Assembly: GCA_945878925.1 (NCBI GenBank)
Contig: CAMDXE010000001.1
Coordinates: 1 to 55,686 of the forward strand
Direction: 5' to 3'
From: Chitinophaga pinensis
GTDB taxonomy: Bacteria; Bacteroidota; Bacteroidia; NS11-12g; UBA9320
DNA: 55,686 nucleotides
Part shown: piece after piece, positions 46,118 to 55,000 of the stretch
Layout: the number at the start of each line of letters is the position of its first letter
Position numbering within the stretch: position 1 is the stretch's first letter
The notes under the pieces: model-generated
The model's input: only the letters and a program-made list of their open reading frames with translations
Database searches by the model: none
Told to the model about the DNA's origin: nothing
Program-made: the position numbers and the translations under genes

Positions 46118-48013
46118 ATGAATTACCAAATCCAATCCATAGGCGAATACGAAGAAGCTTATAAATTTAGCATTGAAAATCCTGAAGCTTTTTGGGCCGA
46201 AATTGCTTACAATTTTAAATGGGAAAAGAAGTGGGATAACGTTTTAGACTGGAATTTTAAGGAACCCAATATAAAATGGTTTGAAGGCGGAACCTTAAAC
46301 ATTACTGAAAATTGCCTCGATCGGCATTTGGAAATTTTGGGAAATAAAACAGCCCTCATTTGGGAGCCCAATAACCCCGATGATGAAATCCGCACGTTTA
46401 CTTATAATCAATTGCATAAGGAGGTTTGCCGTTTTGCCAATGTTTTAAAAAATAACGGAGCAAAAAAGGGCGATCGAATTTGTATTTATATGCCCATGGT
46501 TCCCGAACTGGCTATCGCAGTATTGGCATGTGCGCGGATTGGCGCTATTCATTCGGTGGTGTTTGGTGGTTTTAGCGCTCAAAGCATAAGCGATAGAATA
46601 CAGGATGCCCAATGCAGTATGGTAATTACAGCAGATGGCGCTTTTAGGGGAGCCAAAGAAATTGCTTTAAAACCTATCATGGATGAGGCTTTAGTGAATT
46701 GTCCTTCGGTAAATAAAGTAATTGTTTTAGAAAGAACCAAAGCTAAAATAAACATGTTGAAGGGTCGCGATGTTTGGTGGCAGGATGAACTTGCAAAAGC
46801 AAACTCCGATTGCCCGGCCGAAATAATGGATGCCGAAGACATGCTGTTTATTTTATATACGAGCGGCAGCACCGGAAAACCAAAAGGAGTGGTACATACC
46901 TGTGGAGGCTATATGGTTTATGTGGGATATACGTTTGCCAATGTGTTTCAATATCAACCCAATGAAATTTTCTTTTGTACGGCCGATATTGGCTGGGTTA
47001 CAGGGCATAGTTATATAATTTATGGTCCTTTGTTAAACGGGGCTACTTCCCTTATGTTTGAAGGGGTTCCGAATTTTCCAGATGCCGGACGTCTTTGGGA
47101 TATTGTGGCCAAACACCAAGTCAATATTTTATATACAGCACCTACCGCTATTCGATCGTTAATGCAATCGGGTCTCGATTTTGTGAAAGGAAAGAATCTA
47201 AATTCATTAACCAAATTAGGATCAGTAGGCGAACCGATTAATGAAGAAGCCTGGCATTGGTATTCAGAAAATATAGGCAAAAACAATTGCCCAATAGCCG
47301 ATACCTGGTGGCAAACCGAAACCGGAGGAATTTTGATTTCACCCATTGCTGGTGTCACACCAACAAAACCAAGTTATGCGATGTTGCCATTGCCTGGCAT
47401 TCAGCCGATATTGGTAAATGAAAAAGGAGATGAAATTTTAGGAAACAATGTCAGCGGAAATTTATGTATAAAATTTCCATGGCCGGGAATGCTAAGAACC
47501 ACTTATGGCGATCATGAGCGCTGCCGACTAAATTATTTTGCAACTTACGAAAATCTTTATTTTACTGGTGATGGTTGTTTGAGGGACGCCGATGGACATT
47601 ATCGGATTACCGGAAGGGTAGACGATGTGCTTAATGTTTCGGGTCATAGAATTGGAACGGCCGAAGTGGAAAACGCCATCGACAAACACCCCGATGTAAT
47701 TGAAACCGCAGTAGTGGGCTATCCTCATGATATTAAAGGGCAGGGTATTTATGCTTTTGTTATTTGCCAAAAATTCCCTGATGATGAAGCCAAAACCAGA
47801 ACCGAAATTTTAGAAATAGTTACCAAAGAAATAGGAGCCTTTGCCAAACCAGATAAAATTCAGTTTGTAAACGGATTACCCAAAACCCGTTCGGGAAAAA
47901 TAATGCGCAGGATATTGAGAAAAATTGCAGAAGGAGAATTAGAAAATCTTGGGGATATTACCACCTTGCTCGATCCGGGAGTGGTGGAAGATATTAAAGG
48001 CGGAAGGCTGTAG
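46118..48013 (+). CDS. acs: Acetyl-CoA synthetase (AMP-forming)
   Basis: Has YTSGSTGKPKGV, WWQTETGG and LPKTRSGKIMRRILRKIA. Length is 631 aa. Confidence 0.92.
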   Translation: MNYQIQSIGEYEEAYKFSIENPEAFWAEIAYNFKWEKKWDNVLDWNFKEPNIKWFEGGTLNITENCLDRHLEILGNKTALIWEPNNPDDEIRTFTYNQLHKEVCRFANVLKNNGAKKGDRICIYMPMVPELAIAVLACARIGAIHSVVFGGFSAQSISDRIQDAQCSMVITADGAFRGAKEIALKPIMDEALVNCPSVNKVIVLERTKAKINMLKGRDVWWQDELAKANSDCPAEIMDAEDMLFILYTSGSTGKPKGVVHTCGGYMVYVGYTFANVFQYQPNEIFFCTADIGWVTGHSYIIYGPLLNGATSLMFEGVPNFPDAGRLWDIVAKHQVNILYTAPTAIRSLMQSGLDFVKGKNLNSLTKLGSVGEPINEEAWHWYSENIGKNNCPIADTWWQTETGGILISPIAGVTPTKPSYAMLPLPGIQPILVNEKGDEILGNNVSGNLCIKFPWPGMLRTTYGDHERCRLNYFATYENLYFTGDGCLRDADGHYRITGRVDDVLNVSGHRIGTAEVENAIDKHPDVIETAVVGYPHDIKGQGIYAFVICQKFPDDEAKTRTEILEIVTKEIGAFAKPDKIQFVNGLPKTRSGKIMRRILRKIAEGELENLGDITTLLDPGVVEDIKGGRL

Positions 48014-48030
48014 GTTAAACTTTTGAAAAA

Positions 48031-48130
48031 GTCTGAATCACAGATTAACCTGATTAAATGATTACACAGATTAATGAATAAATAAAAAAAATCAGCGAAA
48101 TCTCTAAATCCGCTTAATCAGCGATTCTGA
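48031..48130. repeat. GATT-periodic palindromic intergenic element, copy A (about 100 bp)
   Basis: About 95% identical to 48795-48895 by hand alignment. The left arm has GATTA(A/C) units about every 10 nt and the right arm has the complementary TAATC units. The two arms are about 70% self-complementary around an A-rich centre. Confidence 0.85.
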
Positions 48131-48143
48131 TGTTTGGTAGTAT

Positions 48144-48176
48144 AACTTTGGAAAAGTTTTAAACTTTTCCAAAGTT
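48144..48176. terminator. Perfect 14-bp-stem hairpin between convergent acs and the lipoprotein gene
   Basis: AACTTTGGAAAAGT-tttaa-ACTTTTCCAAAGTT. It ends 8 nt from the lipoprotein gene stop. Confidence 0.55.
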
Positions 48177-48183
48177 GATTTGA

Positions 48184-48762
48184 TTATTTACAAAAAACTT
48201 TTTGACTAACGGCTCTCATCACAAGCAAGTTTTCTTTAGTAGCCAAAATAATAAGTTGTATATTTTTAGAATTATGTGGTGAAGGAAATTTTACTTCAAA
48301 TTTATCAAGTGTAGTAAGGTTGTTAAAATGTTGGATAAACCAACTTTTATCCTTTTGAAAGTTAAATGATTGATTATCAATTTTTAGTTCAATTAAATGG
48401 CTTGGAATAGTATCTGCATTTAAAATATCCCCGTCAATTGCTAATTTAAAAACCCATTCAAAAATATAGTTATTTTGTCTTAACCCGCTTTCTGTTAAAC
48501 CACATGCCATTGCTGAATATATTGAAATTTGTTTTGGTTTAAACATTGAAATTTCAGATTTTAATAAAACGATGGCATCTATACTATCAGTCGTTATAGT
48601 GTCGCCTTCCTGATATATTGTAGTACTATCCTTTTGTAATTTGTTTTCAATTCCTGTGTAAGTCCAAGGCGTAACATCACTACATCCTCCGCATGCACAA
48701 CATGCAGCAAATATTATGGGAACAATCAATACAATAAACCCTAACAATGCAATTCGTTTCAT
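48184..48762 (-). CDS. Hypothetical Cys-rich lipoprotein bracketed by the two about 100-bp elements
   Basis: Has a signal peptide plus MKRIALLGFIVLIVPIIFAACCACGGCSD. No family recognised with confidence. Confidence 0.5.
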   Translation of the reverse strand: MKRIALLGFIVLIVPIIFAACCACGGCSDVTPWTYTGIENKLQKDSTTIYQEGDTITTDSIDAIVLLKSEISMFKPKQISIYSAMACGLTESGLRQNNYIFEWVFKLAIDGDILNADTIPSHLIELKIDNQSFNFQKDKSWFIQHFNNLTTLDKFEVKFPSPHNSKNIQLIILATKENLLVMRAVSQKVFCK

Positions 48763-48779
48763 TATTGTTAATTTTTTAT

Positions 48780-48787
48780 CAAAAGTA
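48780..48787 (-). promoter_or_regulatory. Candidate -7 box (TACTTTTG on minus strand) for the lipoprotein gene
   Basis: Plus-strand CAAAAGTA lies 18-25 nt upstream of the ATG at 48762, between the gene and element copy B. Confidence 0.4.
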
Positions 48788-48794
48788 CACTAAA

Positions 48795-48895
48795 GTCTGA
48801 ACCGCTGATTAACCTGATTAAATGATTACACAGATTAATGAATAAATAAAAAAAAATCAGCGAAATCCCTAAATCCGCTTAATCAGCGATTCTGA
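48795..48895. repeat. GATT-periodic palindromic intergenic element, copy B (about 101 bp)
   Basis: A direct repeat of 48031-48130. Differences are 3 substitutions near the 5' end, an A9 versus A8 run, and TCCC versus TCTC. Confidence 0.85.
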
Positions 48896-48930
48896 CAATT
48901 GCGATTCAGACAATTGCGAATCAGACAATT
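48894..48930. repeat. 2.5 tandem copies of a 15-mer (GACAATTGCGAWTCA)
   Basis: GACAATTGCGATTCA, GACAATTGCGAATCA, GACAATT. The array abuts the stop codon of the acyl-CoA dehydrogenase gene. One junction contains ATTCAGAC, the inverted form of the element terminus. Confidence 0.75.
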
Positions 48931-50069
48931 TACCTCAATATATCCCGTGCAATTACAACCCTTTGCACTTCTGAAGTTCCCTCGTAAATTTGGGTAATTT
49001 TAGCGTCGCGCATTAGCCGTTCTACATGATATTCTTTCACATAACCATAGCCCCCGTGAATTTGAATGGCTTCGATGGTTGTTTTCATGGCCACTTCACT
49101 GGCAAATAATTTGGCCATGCTGCTTGCACGGTCATAATTTTCATGCTTATCCTTAAGCCATGCCGCTTTTAAACAAAGCAAACGCGCAGCTTCAATTTCT
49201 GTAGCCATATCGGCTAATTTAAACTGTATGGCTTGATGGTTTTTTATTTCCGTTCCGAAGGCTTTGCGTTCCTTCGAATATTTAAGAGCTAATTCATAGG
49301 CGCCCGATGCAATGCCTAAGGCTTGAGAAGCTATACCGATGCGGCCCCCACTAAGCGTTTTCATGGCAAATTTAAACCCGAAACCGTCTTCGCCAATGCG
49401 ATTGGCCTTGGGAACTTTCACATCCTGAAACATCAGCGAATGGGTGTCGCTGCCTCTAATTCCTAGTTTATCTTCTTTTTTGCCAACAATAAAGCCTGGC
49501 ATATCCTTCGTTACAATCAAGGCATTTATACCCTTGTGTTTGAGCTCAGGATGGGTTTGAGCCATTACAATAAATGTATCGGCACTATGCCCGTTTGTAA
49601 TCCAATTTTTGGTACCGTTAAGTAAATAATAATCGCCTTTATCTTCGGCAGTTGTTCGTTGAGATGTTGCATCCGACCCGGCTTCGGGTTCCGATAAACA
49701 AAATCCTCCGTGAATGGTACCTTGTGCCAAAGGGATTAAAAATTTTTGCTTTTGCTCTTCTGTTCCAAACGTTTCAAGGCCCCAACAAACCAATGAATTA
49801 TTTACAGATAAAACCACCGAAGCCGAAGCATCTACCTTCGATATTTCTTCCATGGCCAGTACATACGACACCGTGTCCATACCTCCCCCTCCATATTCGG
49901 GCGAAACCATCATTCCCAAAAATCCCAGTTCGCCTAATTTGCGTATCTGTTCGGTAGGAAATTTTTGTTCAGTATCGCGTTCAATTACGCCAGGCAACAA
50001 TTCGGTTTGGGCAAACTCTCTTGCCGCTTGTTGAATCATTAAATGTTCTTCGGTAAATTCAAATTGCAT
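48930..50069 (-). CDS. Acyl-CoA dehydrogenase (short/medium-chain, butyryl-CoA dehydrogenase-like)
   Basis: 379 aa, with LSEPEAGSD, ITNG and a C-terminal QIYEGTSEVQRVVIARDIL. Confidence 0.88.
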   Translation of the reverse strand: MQFEFTEEHLMIQQAAREFAQTELLPGVIERDTEQKFPTEQIRKLGELGFLGMMVSPEYGGGGMDTVSYVLAMEEISKVDASASVVLSVNNSLVCWGLETFGTEEQKQKFLIPLAQGTIHGGFCLSEPEAGSDATSQRTTAEDKGDYYLLNGTKNWITNGHSADTFIVMAQTHPELKHKGINALIVTKDMPGFIVGKKEDKLGIRGSDTHSLMFQDVKVPKANRIGEDGFGFKFAMKTLSGGRIGIASQALGIASGAYELALKYSKERKAFGTEIKNHQAIQFKLADMATEIEAARLLCLKAAWLKDKHENYDRASSMAKLFASEVAMKTTIEAIQIHGGYGYVKEYHVERLMRDAKITQIYEGTSEVQRVVIARDILR

Positions 50070-50091
50070 TCTACGTGTTTTAGGTTTGGTG

Positions 50092-50099
50092 CAAAAATA
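50092..50099 (-). promoter_or_regulatory. Candidate -7 box (TATTTTTG on minus strand) for the acyl-CoA dehydrogenase gene
   Basis: Plus-strand CAAAAATA lies 23-30 nt upstream of the ATG at 50069. Confidence 0.4.
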
Positions 50100-50235
50100 A
50101 TTAAATGGAAGCTTGGAAACGATAAGATAATAATAGGTTTTGGTGAATGATCCAAAATTATTGCAAAAAACTAAAAAAGCAGGCCTAATTTATTTTTTTA
50201 AAAACTCTAATTTAGCGGTTCGAAAAATAAACAGA

Positions 50236-51201
50236 ATGGGTAAAGAAACTGTGATGATTATAGGCTCCTGCGGACAGGTTGGAACGGAGTTAACCGAATC
50301 GCTGAGAGCAATTTATGGAACATCAAATGTTGTGGCTTGCGATATTCGAAAACCAGAGGCCGATTTTTGGAAAGCCGGGCCATTTGAGCAAATGGACGTT
50401 TTAGACACTCAAAGAATCGCCGAAGTATTTAAAAAATATAAACCAGTACAGGTTTACCATTTGGCGGCGCTGCTTTCGGCCACGGCCGAAAAAAATCCTA
50501 AATTAGGCTGGAGTTTAAATATGGATGGATTGTTTTATGTGTTTGATGCCGCCTTAGAATATGGAGTAAAACAACTTTTTTGGCCAAGTTCAATAGCAGT
50601 ATTTGGGCCTAATACACCTAAACAAAACACCCCTCAAAATTGTGTAATGGATCCAAATACGGTATACGGCATTACCAAGCAAACGGGCGAAAGGTATTGC
50701 GAATACTATTTCAAACGTTACGGCCTAGATGTAAGAAGCTTGCGCTACCCCGGGCTAATAGGATACAAAGCCGATGCAGGCGGAGGCACCACCGATTATG
50801 CCGTCGAAATATTTCATGAAGCCTTAAAGGTGGGGCGCTACGATTGTTTTCTTAGCCAAAACACGGCTTTGCCCATGTTGTATATGCCCGATGCAGTAAA
50901 AGCCACCTTAGAGATAACGCATGCCGAGGCCAGTCGAGTAAAAAATCGTTCTTCGTATAATATTTCAGGTTTTAGTTTGACACCGGCTTTGTTGGCCGAA
51001 AAAATTAAAAAACACCTTAACTCCTTCGAAATTTCGTATACGCCCGATCATCGCCAAGCCATTGCAGATAGCTGGCCACAGAGCATAAATGATGCCGATG
51101 CGCGTGCAGATTGGGGATGGAAAAACGACTTCGATCTTGATGCCATGGTTGTGGATATGCTTAAAAATTTAGCTCCTCGATATAAATCGGCTGTACTATA
51201 A
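50236..51201 (+). CDS. NAD-dependent epimerase/dehydratase family protein, SDR-type L-threonine 3-dehydrogenase-like
   Basis: Has the Rossmann motif IGSCGQVGTEL and catalytic YGITK (YxxxK). The ATG at 50236 (MGKETVMIIG) is preferred over the TTG at 50140. Confidence 0.65.
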   Translation: MGKETVMIIGSCGQVGTELTESLRAIYGTSNVVACDIRKPEADFWKAGPFEQMDVLDTQRIAEVFKKYKPVQVYHLAALLSATAEKNPKLGWSLNMDGLFYVFDAALEYGVKQLFWPSSIAVFGPNTPKQNTPQNCVMDPNTVYGITKQTGERYCEYYFKRYGLDVRSLRYPGLIGYKADAGGGTTDYAVEIFHEALKVGRYDCFLSQNTALPMLYMPDAVKATLEITHAEASRVKNRSSYNISGFSLTPALLAEKIKKHLNSFEISYTPDHRQAIADSWPQSINDADARADWGWKNDFDLDAMVVDMLKNLAPRYKSAVL

Positions 51202-51248
51202 GTTTGGCCTTGCTTTTGCGAGCAAGTTTGTAAATAAAAATTAAACAC

Positions 51249-51980
51249 ATGAAAAACCTTAAAGCCCTGCGATCCGTTGTTCCATTTATTTTACTTTTTT
51301 CTTGTGGCAATACCCTTCAATTTAAAGACCCTTTAAAACGGCTAGATTTGGGTGGAATCACAAACGATGAAGCCGCAAGCGGAATAAAGGAAGCCCTTGA
51401 AAATGGGGCAGGAGTTGGCACTGATTTTTTATCCAAAAAAGACGGTTTCTATAAAAATCTAGCCTATAAAATATTATTTCCTCCCGAGGCACAAAAAATT
51501 GAACAAACCTTACGAAAATATGGGTTTGGTAAACAATGCGATAAAGTTATCGAAAATATTAACAGGGGGGCCGAAATGGCGGTAGCCGAAGCCAAACCGG
51601 TGTTTGTAAAAGCCATTACATCGATGAGTATAAAAGATGCGATTGGGATTGTAACCGGCGGCGATGGTGCCGGAACCCAATATCTTAAGCAGGCCACCAC
51701 CAACGATTTGACAGAAAAATTCAAACCCATTATTCAGCAATCTCTTGATAAAACAGAAGCTACAAAATATTGGACACAAGCGATGAAGAGCTACAATAAA
51801 TTGCCGGGGGTACAAAAAATAAATCCCGACCTAAATTCGCATGTTACTACCAAGGCTTTGGAGGCCCTGTTTAGTCAGATTGAATTAGAAGAAAACAAAA
51901 TACGCAAGAATCCTTTGGCAAGAACCTCTGAAATTTTGAAAAAGGTTTTCAATTTTGCCGATTTGAAAAAGAAAAAGTAG
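51249..51980 (+). CDS. DUF4197-family secreted/lipoprotein
   Basis: Has a signal/lipobox FILLFSCG, then NDEAASGIKEALENG and ILFPPEA, a pattern I associate with DUF4197. Confidence 0.5.
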   Translation: MKNLKALRSVVPFILLFSCGNTLQFKDPLKRLDLGGITNDEAASGIKEALENGAGVGTDFLSKKDGFYKNLAYKILFPPEAQKIEQTLRKYGFGKQCDKVIENINRGAEMAVAEAKPVFVKAITSMSIKDAIGIVTGGDGAGTQYLKQATTNDLTEKFKPIIQQSLDKTEATKYWTQAMKSYNKLPGVQKINPDLNSHVTTKALEALFSQIELEENKIRKNPLARTSEILKKVFNFADLKKKK

Positions 51981-52078
51981 CAATACCGACCTTCTAATAG
52001 ATTGCAACTTTTTTGCAATGAAGTTAGTCTCAATGATATAAAAGTAATCTCATTATTTTATATTCGCATCTTAGCGCT

Positions 52079-55000
52079 TTGAAAAGGTCACTCTGCATTA
52101 TTGTACTTCACCTTTTTGCTGTTTCCATTTTAAGGGCCCAGCCTACTGCCCTTTTTAATGCAAGCCCCAACAAAGGGTGTTCACCCGCCACCATTAAATT
52201 TACAAATCAAAGTACAGGCAATGGGTTGACCTATTTTTGGGATTTAGGAAATGGAAACACGAGCACCCTTAAAGACCCGCAAGCTATATATTACTCGCCC
52301 GGGCTCTATTCTATAAAGCTATTTATAACCGACAATAAAGGGAAAAAAGATAGCATTATTAAAAGCAAATACGTGGAGGTATATAAAAATCCTGTAACGG
52401 ATTTTGATGCTAAAGAAACAAAAGGCTGCACCCCTTTTGACCCCGGACTTTATGATAAAAGCACCCGTGGAAGCGGAATGATTACAGAATGGGTTTGGGA
52501 TTATGGCGACGGCAAGGTCGTAACAAGCCAAGCTCCTGCCCATGCCTATGCAACCGAAGGGGTTTATAACGTTTCGCTAGTGCTTAAAGATGCAAATGGT
52601 TGTATAAGCGATGTTACAAAAAAACAATTTATTATAGCCAATTCAGCTCCACAAGTAATTTTCAGTGCCGATAAAACCACCGGCTGCAACCAACCATTCG
52701 AAGTAAATTTCACAAATAAATCAACAGGCCTAAAAACCGGCGACCAGTTTGAATGGGATTTTGGAGATGGAACGAAATCAAGTGATAAAAATCCTAAAAA
52801 AACATTCTACGATACCGGTAGCTTTACCATTAAACTATCGATAAAATCGGCAAATGGATGCAATACAAGCAGTCAACTTACTAATTTTATTACCATTTCA
52901 AAACCAAAACCTTCCTTTATTGTAGCTCCTAATCCGGTATGTGAAAACGGGGCAGCTATCTTCTTAAATACATCAAAACCAGGGGGCATTAGTTATACAT
53001 GCTCTTGGGATTTTGGAGATGGCAATACCGCTAAAGGAATCAAAGTAACTAACAAATACAAAATCAAAGGAAAATATACTGTAAAATTAACGGTAAGTCT
53101 TGCCGATGGTTCATGTAAAGAAACCATTACCGTACCTAATGCTATTGAAGTATTGGCAAAACCAAAGACAAATTTTACAATTAGCGATACACTTTTATGC
53201 AAGCTAGGAATGGTAGACACCTTGATAGACAAATCCGTGGGGGGATATTCACGAAAATGGTTTTTAAACGACACCTTTATTTCTTCGAATAAAGGAGTGA
53301 TTGTTAATATTAAAAAAGGAGGCTACTCCAAAGTAACCCTAGTTTCAAGTAACGGAGCTTGTTTTGATACGCTTGTTAAACGCAAAGCCATTTTTGTAGA
53401 TTCAGTAGAATTGGGTATGAGTATAATTCCTAAAAAAGGATGCAAGCCTTTGGATGTAATTTTTTCAGATCTTACAAAAACAAAAATCCCGATCAGTTCC
53501 CGATTTTGGGATTTGGGCGACGGCAGTTATCAAAGTCAGGAATCGTTTGGATATACCTATACTAAAGCAGGCATTTATCCAGTAACGCTTACTCTTATCA
53601 CAAAGCCGGGCTGCTATTTCAACCTTCGTGATACCGTTAAAGTAGGCCTCAAACCCGACATTACATTTGGCTTCTCTAAAGTATCGAAGTGCAATGGAGA
53701 TTCGTTAATTATATCCAATGCAAAAGATAAAAATAAATTGGACATAGATGAATGGCGGTGGTATCTCGATTCTGCGCTCATTAGTGAGAGCCAAAATCTG
53801 AAATACCGTCTTAAACGAAAGCCAGATACCTATAATATTAAGTTGATTGCTGGTAATTATGGGTGTTATGATACGCTCGTGCTAAAAGATATTTTACGCG
53901 TATTGCCACCCATGGTTTCCTATACAATTCATTACGATTCTTGCAAAGGATATCCCTATACTTTTATTAATACTTCCGACAGTGCAGATGAAATAGGATG
54001 GGTATTTAAAGGAGATACTTATATTAAAAATCAGGACACGATTATTGTTAGAGATGTTAACGATCCTTGGCCCATTAAAATGTGGGGAAAGAATTATAAA
54101 TCGGGCTGTGTTGATACCGTTGAAAATACAATTAATGGAGTAAGTCAATGGGTTGATTTTAACTATTCGGGAGGCTTGTGCTCGCCGGCCAACTTAACAT
54201 TTACAAACTACTCCTCAGAATACGTGAATTTTAAATGGATTTGGGGAGACGAAACCTCTGAATCGAATGATACATTGACTGTAAAAAAATCATTTATAAA
54301 CGCAGGAACCTACTACGTAATGCTTGAAGGAAAAGCGAGCAATGGCTGTAAAGATACTTTTAGCAAGGTTATAAAAGTTACAGGACCCAAGGTATTAGTA
54401 GAAGTAAGCCCAAAATCGGGGTGCGGTCCTCTGCAGATAACTTTAATTAATAAAACCAGCGATACATCGCACAAAAACAAATTTTGGCATATCAGCGGTT
54501 TAGATTCTATCCCCTATACCAACGACACCATGGTGTATACCCTTAAAAAACCAGGGCCATTAAAAGATGGAAAGTATGCCGTGAGCCTAAGTATGAAGGA
54601 TGAAAATGGTTGTATTGGCCTGGCATCCGATACCGTGCAAGTAGTAGGATTAGGATATCATTTTAAAATATTATCCCTTGCTACCTGCTCCTATCCGAAG
54701 TTGACCATAAGGCCTATATTTCATATGGCCGATTTGGATGAGAAAAAGCTAAATTATTTTTGGGATGTAGGTGATGGTAGAAAATTTACAGGGCCCATCG
54801 TTGATTTTTGGTATAAGGCACAGGGAGTTTATAAATTAAATCTTAAAATTATTGATGAAAATGGATGCCTAACCGAACGCGACACCCTGATATTAACCAA
54901 TCAAAAATCCATTACTGCCGACCTTCTAGCCGATAAATTAGAAGCAAACTGCCCTCCTCTAAGAGTCAACTTTATTTCTAAATCAAAAAGCAATTGGGGC

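Noticed and set aside
48085-48092. The A8 (copy A) versus A9 (copy B, 48849-48857) homopolymer at the centre of the palindromic elements, considered as a phase-variation tract.
   Set aside because: The runs are intergenic, sit in the loop of the palindrome and do not lie between a -7 box and a start codon. The length difference is more simply explained as divergence between copies.
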